A stretch of DNA of 64,000 bases from NCBI GenBank assembly GCA_965215275.1, contig OZ244044.1:1376001-1440000 (forward strand), read 5' to 3'. A program made the position numbers and the translations under genes. How positions within the stretch are numbered: the stretch's first letter is position 1; each line of letters opens with the position of its first letter. Under the pieces are notes generated by a model. It did no database searches and was not told where the DNA came from. It worked only from the letters and a program-made list of their open reading frames with translations. This document shows, in pieces, positions 38,516 to 49,395 of this stretch. Source of the DNA: Thermodesulfobacteriota bacterium (GTDB lineage Bacteria > Desulfobacterota_D > UBA1144 > Nemesobacterales > JAJCZQ01).

Positions 38516-39691
38516 GTGGGTGAGATGGACTTAACTAATCAGGAAATAAGCAGATACAGCAGGCATCTGATCATGCCTGAGGTTGGACTTGAAGGGCAGA
38601 AGAAACTCAAAAGTGCCAGGGTTCTCTGCATTGGTGCAGGAGGACTCGGTTCTCCTCTGTCCCTGTATTTAAGTGCTGCCGGAGTGGGAAAGCTCGGGAT
38701 ACTTGACTTTGACGTTGTTGATTTCAGTAATCTGCAAAGACAGGTTATCCATAGTGAAAAGACCGTTGGAGAACCGAAGGTCGAATCGGCAAAGAACAGA
38801 CTTCTTGAGTTAAATTCCCATATAGAGATCCAGACTTATAAAGAAAGACTGACTTCCGATAACGCGCTTGATATAATCAGGGACTATGACGTGGTCGTTG
38901 ACGGTACTGATAACTTTGCAACCAGGTATCTGACGAATGACGCCTGTGTGATCTTGGGAAAACCGAACGTGTATGGAAGTATCTTCAGGTTTGAAGGGCA
39001 GGTAAGCGTGTTCGATGCCGGGAAAGGTCCGTGCTACAGATGTCTTTATCCTGAACCCCCTCCGCCCGGACTTGTGCCGAGTTGTGCCGAAGGAGGGGTC
39101 CTTGGAATACTTCCCGGAGTGGTAGGGACTTTGCAGGCTTCGGAGGTCGTGAAATTAATTATAGGACAGGGTGAGCTTCTTATAGGAAGACTGCTGTTTA
39201 TGGACGTTCTGAGAATGGAGCCACGGATCCTGAAGCTGAGAAAAAATCCCGACTGTCCGATCTGCGGAGACAGTCCCACTATAACGGAACTGATCGATTA
39301 TGAGGAGTTTTGTGGTATTGGCAGAGGTGAACTGGGCAAGGAAGAAACGAAGGAGAAAGAACCTGTGAAGGTAAAAGAGATATCCGTGGAAGATCTTTAT
39401 AAAAAAAGGCAGGGTAAAGACGGTAAGATCCAGTTGATCGACGTCAGGGAGCCTCATGAATACAACATCTGTAAAATAGATGGTTCCAAACTTATTCCTC
39501 TTGCTGAAATAAAGGACAGGACCGATGAACTGGACCCCGGTGCGGAGATAATAGTTCACTGTCACCACGGCGGAAGGAGCATGAAGGCCTCTAAGATACT
39601 GCAGGAAAAAGGTTTTACGAACGTTGTCAATCTCAAGGGTGGTATTGACGAGTGGGCGGAAAAACTGGACCCGAAAATGGCACGGTACTAA
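38516..39691 (+). CDS. moeB: Molybdopterin-synthase adenylyltransferase with C-terminal rhodanese (MoeB/MoeZ)
   Basis: RYSRH, GAGGLG, SNLQRQ, CYRC, SCAEGG, rhodanese CHHGGRS. Confidence 0.93.
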   Translation: MGEMDLTNQEISRYSRHLIMPEVGLEGQKKLKSARVLCIGAGGLGSPLSLYLSAAGVGKLGILDFDVVDFSNLQRQVIHSEKTVGEPKVESAKNRLLELNSHIEIQTYKERLTSDNALDIIRDYDVVVDGTDNFATRYLTNDACVILGKPNVYGSIFRFEGQVSVFDAGKGPCYRCLYPEPPPPGLVPSCAEGGVLGILPGVVGTLQASEVVKLIIGQGELLIGRLLFMDVLRMEPRILKLRKNPDCPICGDSPTITELIDYEEFCGIGRGELGKEETKEKEPVKVKEISVEDLYKKRQGKDGKIQLIDVREPHEYNICKIDGSKLIPLAEIKDRTDELDPGAEIIVHCHHGGRSMKASKILQEKGFTNVVNLKGGIDEWAEKLDPKMARY

Positions 39692-39780
39692 AAGTACTGC
39701 CCAGCTTGCAGACCGGACGGGTAGTGATCACTGATATCGTCTTGATATGCCTCACCGGACCGATCAGGTAAGCAACCTAA

Positions 39781-41052
39781 ATGTGTAACACAATATTATC
39801 AGCAGAAACTGTACTGCCCATAGTATCTGCTCCCCTGTACGACGGTTCCGTGGCGATCTCAGGTAATGAGATCATAGATCTGGGCAATAAGGACCATATA
39901 AGACAGAAGTATAAGGATTTTACTGAGATCCAGCTTGGAAAAGGCGTCCTGCTTCCGGGTTTTATAAATGGTCACGTCCATCTTGAGCTTGGATGGATGC
40001 AGGGCAAAATTGGAGAATTTGAGGATTTTACACAGTGGCTGACCCTCGTGCTTGACTTGAAAGCAGATGATAAAGTAACGGATGAACTGATAAAGCGGTC
40101 TGTCAGGGATGGTTTATTGACCCTGATCAGAACGGGCGTTTCCACCGTCGGCGAAATATCCTCCTACGATGGTTTAGACAGGGATATTATTTACGGTTCA
40201 GGTATCAGAGCGATCATCTTTGAAGAACTGTTCGACAGGCACGTTGATATCGTGGATGACAGAAAGTACGAAAAGGGAGGTCTGGTCGAGACCAGACCGT
40301 TCCCTCATGCACCTTACTCCTGCTCACCCGAGTTGCTGAAAAAAGTATTTACTCTGGCTTATAAGAGCGGGGTATCTGCCGGGATACATCTTGCAGAAAG
40401 TGAAGAAGAGTCCCTTTTTGTAAGAAATGAGGCCAATAAGATAGAAGAACGGGTCTACGCTTTAATTAAAAAGGAAAGATACGAGCATCCCGCTGCTAAA
40501 AGTCCACTGGATTACATTAAAAAATGCAGCGATGAACTGCAGACCGGATTAACCATAGTACATGCAACTCACCTGTCGGACGAGGAAATTGATGAACTCA
40601 AGGGAAAGAGCGTCGGGGTCATCGTCTGTCCTCGCAGCAATCACAACTTAAAGGTTGGCACGCCGCCCCTTGTTAAATTAACGGAGCTGGAAAGGCTGGG
40701 TCTGGCAACTGATGGATTATCAAGCAATCACAGCCTGGATTACTTTGAGGAAATGAGAGCTTTTTATAAGCTGCTGTCACGTCTGAACGGTGATCGTCCT
40801 TCTTTTCAGACCGTCTATTCAGCTACGCTTGGAGGAGCAAGGTCGCTCTTTATTGAAGACAAGGCTGGATCAATAGAGGCAGGCAGGAAAGCTGATCTGA
40901 TATTTATATCGTACAGTGAAAAACCCGATGATCCTTATCTTTATGTAATATATGCAGGTAAGGATGAACTGAAAATGAACATGGTGAACGGCAGGGTGAT
41001 CTATTCTGAAAACGGAGCGGGTGTGCAGAGTACCGAAGCTTTACGGGTATGA
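39781..41052 (+). CDS. Metal-dependent amidohydrolase (nucleoside deaminase-like)
   Basis: PGFINGHVH, HAPYS, HLAES, CPRSN, GLATD. Confidence 0.88.
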   Translation: MCNTILSAETVLPIVSAPLYDGSVAISGNEIIDLGNKDHIRQKYKDFTEIQLGKGVLLPGFINGHVHLELGWMQGKIGEFEDFTQWLTLVLDLKADDKVTDELIKRSVRDGLLTLIRTGVSTVGEISSYDGLDRDIIYGSGIRAIIFEELFDRHVDIVDDRKYEKGGLVETRPFPHAPYSCSPELLKKVFTLAYKSGVSAGIHLAESEEESLFVRNEANKIEERVYALIKKERYEHPAAKSPLDYIKKCSDELQTGLTIVHATHLSDEEIDELKGKSVGVIVCPRSNHNLKVGTPPLVKLTELERLGLATDGLSSNHSLDYFEEMRAFYKLLSRLNGDRPSFQTVYSATLGGARSLFIEDKAGSIEAGRKADLIFISYSEKPDDPYLYVIYAGKDELKMNMVNGRVIYSENGAGVQSTEALRV

Positions 41053-41111
41053 GAAAGAATTAATAATAGCTATGATAATTCAGGCGGTATACACTTTTAA
41101 TAACTGTTTAA

Positions 41112-42395
41112 ATGCGAAAGGATCATATTTACCGTTTTCAGATTGATAATATGTGCAGGTTTTTTAACAGATCAGCTTTCCTGACCGCCATGTTCCTGGT
41201 TTTAACCCTTGGCGGGAACTTAAAGGCCCAGGAGCCGTCATCAAAAGTCCTCTCCCTTGATAATGCCATAGGATTTGCCGTCAAGAACAATCACGCTCTG
41301 CAGCTGTCCGAACTTGAAATTGGTATTTCACGGTCACGGGTAAGGGAGGCAAAATCCGGATTTTATCCCCATATAGAAACGAAGGTCATTCTGCCTTTAG
41401 TGGAACGTGAATCAGGTTTTTTTCTGGATCAGTTGATCTGGGATTTTAACAGAACTTCAAATCGTGTAAAATCAAGTAAATTCAGATTGCAGGCAGATAA
41501 GTATTCACACGGTCAGACATTACAGGACACGGTACATAACGTTACGGTCTTGTACTACGCGGCTTTGATCGATAGAAGCCGGTTAGGGTCCGCTGAAAAG
41601 AACCTGAAGAAGAACGAACTGATCCTTGAGAAGATAACTGAGCAGAGAAAGCTGAACAGAAGTTCAAATCTGGACCTGGCAAGGGCAAGATCGGACGCCG
41701 TAAGTTCAAGGCTGGAACTGCTGAAAGAACAGAATGGGTACGAGGAGAGTAAACTTGAGCTGCTGGACGTTATAGGTATGAGGTTTGATTCAGAAGTGGA
41801 ACTGGAAGATCAGGAGCAGGTCGAATTTAAAAGTTACGAGCTTGATGAATCGCTGGAAAGAGCAATGAAGAACAATCTGGAATTAAAAAAGCTAAGTGCT
41901 GACCATTCGGCTCAGTTGTCCGAGATAAGGGTTTCAAAAAGCAAATTCTACCCCCAGATATACGGCAGGGCCGCGTTCAGATTTGAAGGTGAGGGCGGGG
42001 AAGGTGATCCTGATATAATTGCTGGAGTTGGTTTCAAATTTCCCATCTTTAGAGGATTTTCACGATTTGCCGCCCTTGACGTAAGTAAAGCAGAGAGCAC
42101 AAGGGCACTGATAATGATGGAACGAGCAAAAAAGAGAATACAACTGGATATAAAAAAGCTTTTTATGGACCTGAAGTTCAATAAAGAAAAGATCGCACTT
42201 ACCAGGATAAATAATGATGTGGCACTTGAAAACCTCAGTATCGTTAAGGAAAAGTTCAAACTTGGTGAAGTTTCCAGAATAGAGCTTTTAGAGGCTGAGG
42301 CGTTTTCTTCAGGGTCGCGTTCGGATTATCTCAGTGCAATATACGATTATAAGATCACCGAGATCAAGCTTAGACAGATAATTGGAAAAAATTAA
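41112..42395 (+). CDS. TolC-family outer membrane protein
   Basis: Signal peptide, A..GFYP repeats, helical OEP pattern; upstream of an MFP gene. Confidence 0.85.
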   Translation: MRKDHIYRFQIDNMCRFFNRSAFLTAMFLVLTLGGNLKAQEPSSKVLSLDNAIGFAVKNNHALQLSELEIGISRSRVREAKSGFYPHIETKVILPLVERESGFFLDQLIWDFNRTSNRVKSSKFRLQADKYSHGQTLQDTVHNVTVLYYAALIDRSRLGSAEKNLKKNELILEKITEQRKLNRSSNLDLARARSDAVSSRLELLKEQNGYEESKLELLDVIGMRFDSEVELEDQEQVEFKSYELDESLERAMKNNLELKKLSADHSAQLSEIRVSKSKFYPQIYGRAAFRFEGEGGEGDPDIIAGVGFKFPIFRGFSRFAALDVSKAESTRALIMMERAKKRIQLDIKKLFMDLKFNKEKIALTRINNDVALENLSIVKEKFKLGEVSRIELLEAEAFSSGSRSDYLSAIYDYKITEIKLRQIIGKN

Positions 42396-43542
42396 CCGTA
42401 TGCTGAAAAAGAGGTCGTCATTAACGGTTCTCATCTTGATACTGCTGGCAGGGATATACCTGTTTTTTTACAGCAGCGTTAGTCCCATATCTGAAGTCAG
42501 GGTCGCAACGGCTCTGGTCGACCGGGGGGATATAGTTTCTTCCGTAACTGCTAATGGAACGCTGGAACCTGATATGAGCCTGGAGATATATTCCGATCTG
42601 AACGGAATAATAGAAGGTGTTTTCTTTGATATAAACGGCAGGGTCAAAAAAGGCGACGTGCTTGCCGTAATAGAACCTGATCAGTTTAAAACCCAGCTTA
42701 AAGAAGCACAGGCTAAGTATAACAAGGCGTCTGCCGAGCTGAAGTTAAATAAAGACTCCTTCAATTCCGATAAAGTACTGTACCAGAAGAACCTGATCTC
42801 AAAGCAGGAATATAAAACGTCAAAGACAAGATATCAAAGTGCACTTGCACTCTTTCAGGAAGCCACCACCAATATAGAATCGGCCAGACAGAACCTGGAT
42901 AAAACGAAGATCAGAGCTCCAATCAGTGGAACGGTAATGTCAAAGAACGTCAGTACGGGTCAGATGGTTAAATACCTGACGGACTCCGGACCTTTGTTTA
43001 CCATTGCGAGCGACCTGAAAAAACTGTCCTTGATAGTTCACGTAAGTGAAGCAGATATTGGAAAGACCTCTCTGGATCAGTCCGTTAATTTTAAAGTAAG
43101 TGCATATCCTGAAAAGCCGTTCAATGGTAAAGTGATAAAAATAAGTCATTCACCAAGCAGAGATAAGGATATCGTTACCTATGACGTTACTGCGGAAGTG
43201 GACAATTCAGAGTTAAAACTGAAACCGGGTATGACGGCTGAAGTTAAAATAATCGTCTCTGATAAAAAAGACGTTCTGAGGGTTCCCACTTCTGCGTTGA
43301 GGTTTATACCAGACAACGTTAACCCTCATGAAGGCCGGTTTGATGATACACAGTCGGTATGGATAAGGGGATCAAATGGTAAGATCACAAAAACGCCGGT
43401 AGATATAGGTATAAGTAACAATGAGTTTAGTGAAATTCTGAATGATTCGCTCAGAGAAGGGCAGGAGGTCGTGGTTGAAAGTTACTCTGACAGTAAAAAT
43501 ACCAAATCCATTCTTACCCTTCCTCAGCCTAAAAGGTTTTAA
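42382..43542 (+). CDS. Efflux periplasmic adaptor (MacA-like)
   Basis: V.RGDI, IRAPISG, VSEADIG, LKPGMTA. Confidence 0.9.
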   Translation: MEKINRMLKKRSSLTVLILILLAGIYLFFYSSVSPISEVRVATALVDRGDIVSSVTANGTLEPDMSLEIYSDLNGIIEGVFFDINGRVKKGDVLAVIEPDQFKTQLKEAQAKYNKASAELKLNKDSFNSDKVLYQKNLISKQEYKTSKTRYQSALALFQEATTNIESARQNLDKTKIRAPISGTVMSKNVSTGQMVKYLTDSGPLFTIASDLKKLSLIVHVSEADIGKTSLDQSVNFKVSAYPEKPFNGKVIKISHSPSRDKDIVTYDVTAEVDNSELKLKPGMTAEVKIIVSDKKDVLRVPTSALRFIPDNVNPHEGRFDDTQSVWIRGSNGKITKTPVDIGISNNEFSEILNDSLREGQEVVVESYSDSKNTKSILTLPQPKRF

Positions 43543-44226
43543 ATGAGCGAATTGATACGTACTGATGATCTTACCAAGACCTATTTTATGGGCAGCGTTA
43601 AGATCGAGGCACTTAAAAATATCAATATAAGGGTAGATTCCGGAGATTTTGTTTCTATTATGGGTTCTTCAGGATCTGGGAAGAGCACTTTGATGAACGT
43701 GCTTGGGTGTCTGGACGTACCAACTTCAGGAAATTATTTTTTCAAGGGAAAAAACATATCCAACTTGAAAAAAGACGACCTGTCCTTTATCAGGAACAGG
43801 GAAATAGGCTTTGTTTTTCAGAACTTTAATCTGCTGAGTAAAACCTCTTCGTTAGAGAACGTGGAAATGCCGCTCATTTATAAAGGCGTGGAGACTGGCA
43901 AGAGAAAGGAACTGTCCGCAAGGGCATTGAAATTGGTTGGTTTGCAGGACAGGGAAGATCATATTCCAAGTCAGTTATCAGGTGGACAGCAGCAGAGGGT
44001 GGCGATCGCAAGAGCGATCGTTAATGATCCGGGACTGATACTGGCGGATGAGCCGACGGGTAATTTAGATACTAAAACCAGCTACGAGATCATGAAAATA
44101 TTCAAGAAGCTCAACCAGAATGGAAGAACCATAATAATGATAACGCACGAGAACGATATAGCATCTTTTGCCAGTAGTAAATTAGTTATCCGTGACGGTT
44201 TATTAACGGAAAAAGAAAGCAGTTAG
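43543..44226 (+). CDS. ABC transporter ATP-binding protein (MacB/LolD-like)
   Basis: [27 protein letters not shown]. Confidence 0.93.
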   Translation: MSELIRTDDLTKTYFMGSVKIEALKNINIRVDSGDFVSIMGSSGSGKSTLMNVLGCLDVPTSGNYFFKGKNISNLKKDDLSFIRNREIGFVFQNFNLLSKTSSLENVEMPLIYKGVETGKRKELSARALKLVGLQDREDHIPSQLSGGQQQRVAIARAIVNDPGLILADEPTGNLDTKTSYEIMKIFKKLNQNGRTIIMITHENDIASFASSKLVIRDGLLTEKESS

Positions 44227-46058
44227 TATGCCAGAATTAAACTGTTGTTCCCGCTGATGGTGATATCTGAAAAGTTATCGCCGTTGGTGTCCAGAACGTT
44301 GTTTATATTACTGCCGAACGAGGAAATATTATCAGAAGAAGGTGATATCACATGATCAGCTATACCTGAAACTGTGTGTTCTGTACCGTCTGTATGATCG
44401 TACCCGCCAAAGATCAAGTACACCTTTCCTTTATCATTATCAGATCCCGGAGCACCTATTGCAATGTCCGCGTTACGCTGGGTCTGCGTAAGTACATTGG
44501 CCGTTCTCCTCCGGTCAATTCCAGTTGCCGGGTTCAGGTCAGGAATAACGACCAGTCCCGTGCCCAGCTTGTCTCCGTCTTCCTCTCCATTTATTTTTAA
44601 AGTGAACTCCGTGTGATCGATCTCCCGGTCGTTGTCAGCAACTGCTTCATTTAAAACTTCGTCTGAGTATATAAATACCGAACCCCTGTCGCTTATAGAG
44701 GATGGGGCCGATACGACCACGTCGGTGTTTTGCCTGATACCATCAATGTCGAAACCCCCTCCGACCACTTCGCCAAAACCGTCCGTCGAATTACCTGATA
44801 TTGTCAGCACGTCGTTCATATTTTCCTCTGCAAGGCTGGCAAGGTTAAACGTTCCCGTGTTGAAAAATATGTATACCCGTCCTTTGCCGGGAGCACCGAC
44901 TATGAGTTCATTCGGGACCGAAGAATTGATCCTTCCGCCGTCAGCGATGGAGTAACCGAATTTCTCTCCTGCTTCTTTCCCGGTCATGATCTCCTCGGCC
45001 GTCTCAGCATCTGTTTGCTCCAGTAAACCGTTACCGAGGAACCTGTAAACTTTGCCAGTTTCACTTAAAGCACCTGGAGCACTTACAAAAAAGTTGTTAA
45101 ATCCTTGCTGTACGATCTTGGATCCGAACTGATCACCGGCGGATTCTCCCGTTATGATAAACCTTGCGGACTCACCAGGGTCGGACCTCATGTCGATCGT
45201 GGAAGGTAAATTTCCACTGCCTTCAAGTATAAATACCTGCCCTTTGCCGTTCAGGGCTCCCGGAGCACCTATTGCAAATTCCTCATAACGAAAAGCTCCG
45301 CTTATATTACCGATTCCGCTGACCGAAGAACCAAATTCGTCCTGTCGTCTTCCAGTGATCGTAACGTCGGCGTTATCCACGTCAATGTTTTCCATGTTCC
45401 TTGCGATATCTGCCCCGCCTATAAATATATATACCTTTCCCAGGCAAGGGTCACCGATGATAATATCCCTGTTTATATCACCCTGATCTTCCCCAGTCCC
45501 AACTGTAAACTCCCCGTAAGATGCCGCGTTACCCAGACAGCCACTGCTTTCGCCTGTAAAATTGGCGGTGACCAGCTGGGAAGTTACCTCAAGGACGTTT
45601 GATGGCGGAGAGCTGTTCCCGGTTTCATCATTTGCAACGATAGAGTAGAAATATTTATTATCAGGTCCTGAAATGTTAAATCTCGGTACGGCGATCAGTT
45701 CCGGCAGTCCTGCGTTTTTTGGCAGCAGGAACCTGGGCAGCTGAGTGGCAAGATCAAAATTGTTCTCAACGGCCTGCTGTATCCGGGTATCAGCTATTCC
45801 GTTCAGTGATCCCGTTTCTAATATTTCCTCTACCTGCTCTTCAGTGAAAAACCTGAGCAGGTACAGGCTTGCCTTTCCTGAATTACCATCATCACCTGGG
45901 GACGTCCATCTGAAGAGTTTATCGTTTGAAGAGATACTGAAGTCATCTATCTGAGCAGGAGGAGAATCATCCCCCACGGCACATGCCATGACGAAAATAA
46001 CCGAGAGATTTAAAGCCATTCTGTAATATTTATTAAAAAGCCGTTTTAACTTGTTCAT
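44223..46058 (-). CDS. Lipoprotein with FnIII-like N-domain and FG-GAP (integrin-alpha-like) repeats
   Basis: Lipobox VMAC; WTSPGDDG; repeated FG.....IGAPG....G.VY/FI units. Confidence 0.8.
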   Translation of the reverse strand: MNKLKRLFNKYYRMALNLSVIFVMACAVGDDSPPAQIDDFSISSNDKLFRWTSPGDDGNSGKASLYLLRFFTEEQVEEILETGSLNGIADTRIQQAVENNFDLATQLPRFLLPKNAGLPELIAVPRFNISGPDNKYFYSIVANDETGNSSPPSNVLEVTSQLVTANFTGESSGCLGNAASYGEFTVGTGEDQGDINRDIIIGDPCLGKVYIFIGGADIARNMENIDVDNADVTITGRRQDEFGSSVSGIGNISGAFRYEEFAIGAPGALNGKGQVFILEGSGNLPSTIDMRSDPGESARFIITGESAGDQFGSKIVQQGFNNFFVSAPGALSETGKVYRFLGNGLLEQTDAETAEEIMTGKEAGEKFGYSIADGGRINSSVPNELIVGAPGKGRVYIFFNTGTFNLASLAEENMNDVLTISGNSTDGFGEVVGGGFDIDGIRQNTDVVVSAPSSISDRGSVFIYSDEVLNEAVADNDREIDHTEFTLKINGEEDGDKLGTGLVVIPDLNPATGIDRRRTANVLTQTQRNADIAIGAPGSDNDKGKVYLIFGGYDHTDGTEHTVSGIADHVISPSSDNISSFGSNINNVLDTNGDNFSDITISGNNSLILAY

Positions 46059-46210
46059 TAATTCTCCTTAAAAAATAAGTAGGGAGTGAGTTTACCGATA
46101 ATGTGGGATTTTTCTATTATTGTGTGTCGTTTCAGTTCAGCGGTAAGGTCCAGGATATGTTTTCCCTTAAAGGTCCGGTACGGTTAAGAAAGATAAAATC
46201 AAGTGCAGTG

Positions 46211-46780
46211 CTACTTTTTAACCCTTTCCAGGTAATTGCCGTTTCTCGTGTCGACCTTTATTACGTCTCCGATGTTTATAAAAAGAGGAACGTTCACGAC
46301 AAATCCGGTCTCAATAGTGGCTGGCTTGGTCGTACTTGAAACTGTATCACCTTTTACTCCCGGTTCTGCGTAACTTACTTTAAATTCGTCAGAGATAGGC
46401 AGTTCAATACCAACGGGTTTATCGTTGTAAAACTGCACCTGGACTTCCTGTTGCTCTTTCAGGAAATTCGCCGCCTCTCCCACCTGTTCCTCACTGAAGT
46501 TTATCTGCTCATAGCTTTGGGTATCCATAAAGTTAAAACCCATATCATCTTTATACAGGAACTGCATTTTTCTACGCTCAATGTCTGGAACGTTAAAAGT
46601 GTCCCCCGACCTGAATTTTTTTTCCTGTACGGCACCCGTGGATATGTTCTTTATCTTTGTTGTTACGATCGCTCCCATCCTTCCCATTTTTGAACTTGTG
46701 TGTTCAACGATTTCCCAGATGCTCCCATCCAGTTCGATCTTCATCCCTTTGTAGAACCTGCTTGTGTCAACTACGGCCAT
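46211..46780 (-). CDS. efp: Elongation factor P
   Basis: KFRSGD, FMDTQSYEQ, EPGVKGDT, KPATIETG, VPLFI. Confidence 0.95.
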   Translation of the reverse strand: MAVVDTSRFYKGMKIELDGSIWEIVEHTSSKMGRMGAIVTTKIKNISTGAVQEKKFRSGDTFNVPDIERRKMQFLYKDDMGFNFMDTQSYEQINFSEEQVGEAANFLKEQQEVQVQFYNDKPVGIELPISDEFKVSYAEPGVKGDTVSSTTKPATIETGFVVNVPLFINIGDVIKVDTRNGNYLERVKK

Positions 46781-47400
46781 CAGTGTTCAGCCTCCTCTTT
46801 AACTGACTTCTGGAACCCGCTTTCCACCAGTTCGCATATTATATGGGCAACCGTTATATGTACTTCCTGGATCCTTGCTGCCGATTCAGAAGGTACAGGG
46901 ATGATACAGTCTGATATTGCTTTCAGTTCTGCGGTATACCGTCCGGTAAAAGCTATTGTTTTCAGCTCCAGTTCCATGGACCTTGTAAGTCCGTTCAGTA
47001 CGTTCTGGGATCTTCCGCTGGTAGTGATACCGATTGCGACGTCATTTTCTTTGCCAATGGCCTCGACCTGCCGGGAAAAGATATTTTCAAGACCGCTGTC
47101 ATTAGCTATGGAAGTGATAATGGACGAGTCGGTCGTCAGTGCAATGGCAGGTAGGGGATCTCTGTCTGCTTGGAACCGGTTTACGAACTCCGCCGCTATA
47201 TGCTGGGAATCCGCTGCGCTTCCGCCGTTTCCGAATATCAGTATTTTTCCTCCTGATCTCAGGCATTTATCCACGATGTTTACCGCATGCTCCACGTTCA
47301 CTATGGACTCTCTGGCAAATTCTGACTTCAGGTCGGCACTTTCCTGAAGTATTGAATTAATTCTTTCTTTCAACTCAGGTCCTCCCGAACATCTTTTCAA
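46780..47400 (-). CDS. gmhA: Phosphoheptose isomerase
   Basis: FGNGGSAADSQH, ANDSG, FSRQ, TSGRS, RIQEVH. Confidence 0.94.
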   Translation of the reverse strand: MKRCSGGPELKERINSILQESADLKSEFARESIVNVEHAVNIVDKCLRSGGKILIFGNGGSAADSQHIAAEFVNRFQADRDPLPAIALTTDSSIITSIANDSGLENIFSRQVEAIGKENDVAIGITTSGRSQNVLNGLTRSMELELKTIAFTGRYTAELKAISDCIIPVPSESAARIQEVHITVAHIICELVESGFQKSVKEEAEH

Positions 47401-49189
47401 GTTCTTTGTGTGTAATTATCCTGGCCACTGGTCTTCCGTGCGGACATGAAGATGAAAATTCCGCTTTATCCAGACTGATCAGAAGTGCTTTGATCTTATC
47501 TTTATCTAAAACCTCGTTTGCTCTGATCGAACCGTGACATGATATAGTGGCAAAAACAAGATCGAGCATGTTATTAAAACTCTTGCTTTCCTTGAGTTCA
47601 TCAAGTTCTAAAAGTATATCTGTAAAAACGTCTTTGACGTTTACTGATCTGAGGAGCGCCGGGACGCTGTTTATTCTGATAGTGGAACTGCCGAACGGTT
47701 CTGCTTCAAAACCGAGCTGGGTCAGATCGGTTTTATGTTTTTGAAAGAGTTCCATCTCCTTGGGTGACAGGTCGAGAATATCGGGCATTAAAAGTTCCTG
47801 GCTTTGGAGCTTTCCGGATCTCAGATAGTTTTTTCTTTGTATTTCATAATTTACTCTCTCATGTGCTGCATGTTGATCAATGAGTACGAGACCTTTTTGT
47901 GTTTCACAGACGATATAGAGTGTTCCGACCTGACCTATGATCTTCATACTTGAGAAATATCCCTCATTTTCAAAAAACCGTTTATCTTCGGTCTGAGTAT
48001 CGACCTGGATAACTTCCGGGTCATGCGTCTGCACGTGCTGACCGGTAAAGTATTTGAGGTTTTTGCTTTCTGATGTTCGTTCTCTCTCGTGTTTAAAAGG
48101 TGGTCTGTTCTCTGAATACCCCTTATTATAGGAGCGGTCTTTATAACTTTCGTAGAGCTTTTCACGTATGGATGGTCTGATGTGTCCGTCCTTTGTGTTC
48201 AGTATCCAGGGTGCGGTGCTTAACATTTCCGTAAGGGAACTTTTGATGACACTGCCCACCAGGCCTTGTTCCCTGAACTTTATTTCATGCTTGGTTGGAT
48301 GAACGTTAACGTCCACGTCATTTTTTGGTACGTTAATAAAGAGCGCTCCCTGCGGGAACTTACCTCTGGGAAGCATCTTTTCATATGCGGCCATTATCAT
48401 TCTTGTAACAAAACGGTCTTTAACGGGTCTGGAATTTACGTAAGTGTAAAGCTTCTGGGTATTTGACCTGCCTTCAAGCGGGCTGCTCATACAGCCACTG
48501 ACCTCCATATTACCAGCAATATAGTTTACTTCATAGAGCTCGCAGTTCTTTACTATCTCCTTAACCCTGCTTATAACGTTGTCTTTTGAAGCGAACCTGA
48601 AAACGGACCTGTTATTGTGGTAGACCTCAAATGTCACGTCGGGATTTGCAATGGCTTCCCTCTGGATGGTTTCGACAATATTGATGAACTCGGTCTCGTT
48701 GCTTTTTAAGAACTTCAGTCTTGGAGGTGTGTTAAAAAAAAGATTTTTTACCTCTACCGTGGTTCCTGCCGGACATCCTGAATCTTCCACTCGCCTGATC
48801 TTACCTCCCTCCACGAAGATAGATACGCCTGAGTCGTTCTCATAATATCGTGTCAGCAGCCTAAAACGCGATACACTTGCGATACTTGAAAGTGCTTCCC
48901 CTCGAAATCCCAGCGTTCTCAATGAAAAAAGGTCATCAACGCAGTTGATCTTACTCGTGGCGTGACGTTCTAAGCTCATTAAAGCGTCGTCCTTTGACAT
49001 ACCGGTGCCGTCATCGGTTACTGAAATGAGTTTCTTACCCCCGGACTCGATCACCACTTTTATTTTTTCTGCCTCAGCGTCTAAGGAGTTTTCGATCAGT
49101 TCCTTCACGACCGACGAAGGCCTTTCCACTACCTCTCCTGCAGCAATCTTGGATACTAAAACGTCGGGAAGAATCTTTATTTCGGACAT
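47375..49189 (-). CDS. mutL: DNA mismatch repair protein MutL
   Basis: IAAGEVVERP, GFRGEAL, DVNVHPTK, DQHAAHER, CPHGRP. Confidence 0.97.
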   Translation of the reverse strand: MSEIKILPDVLVSKIAAGEVVERPSSVVKELIENSLDAEAEKIKVVIESGGKKLISVTDDGTGMSKDDALMSLERHATSKINCVDDLFSLRTLGFRGEALSSIASVSRFRLLTRYYENDSGVSIFVEGGKIRRVEDSGCPAGTTVEVKNLFFNTPPRLKFLKSNETEFINIVETIQREAIANPDVTFEVYHNNRSVFRFASKDNVISRVKEIVKNCELYEVNYIAGNMEVSGCMSSPLEGRSNTQKLYTYVNSRPVKDRFVTRMIMAAYEKMLPRGKFPQGALFINVPKNDVDVNVHPTKHEIKFREQGLVGSVIKSSLTEMLSTAPWILNTKDGHIRPSIREKLYESYKDRSYNKGYSENRPPFKHERERTSESKNLKYFTGQHVQTHDPEVIQVDTQTEDKRFFENEGYFSSMKIIGQVGTLYIVCETQKGLVLIDQHAAHERVNYEIQRKNYLRSGKLQSQELLMPDILDLSPKEMELFQKHKTDLTQLGFEAEPFGSSTIRINSVPALLRSVNVKDVFTDILLELDELKESKSFNNMLDLVFATISCHGSIRANEVLDKDKIKALLISLDKAEFSSSCPHGRPVARIITHKELEKMFGRT

Positions 49190-49395
49190 GATCTGTAAGT
49201 TCAATTGTACAAAACCGATCTTCCTTAGTCAAAGAATGAATTAAGCTCGGTGAAAACAGTTTTATAACCGTGTATTATCCTGCCGATCTTTTTCGGGTTT
49301 AAGGAAAACCAAGTAATGAAATCGTAATTAAATCTCCTTTTTATTATTTTTTAAGTATACTTCACCTTCTGGAATTCGGATTCGGATAAAGTGTT

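Noticed and set aside
46700..47347. 215-aa plus-strand ORF
   Set aside because: Antisense shadow of gmhA/efp
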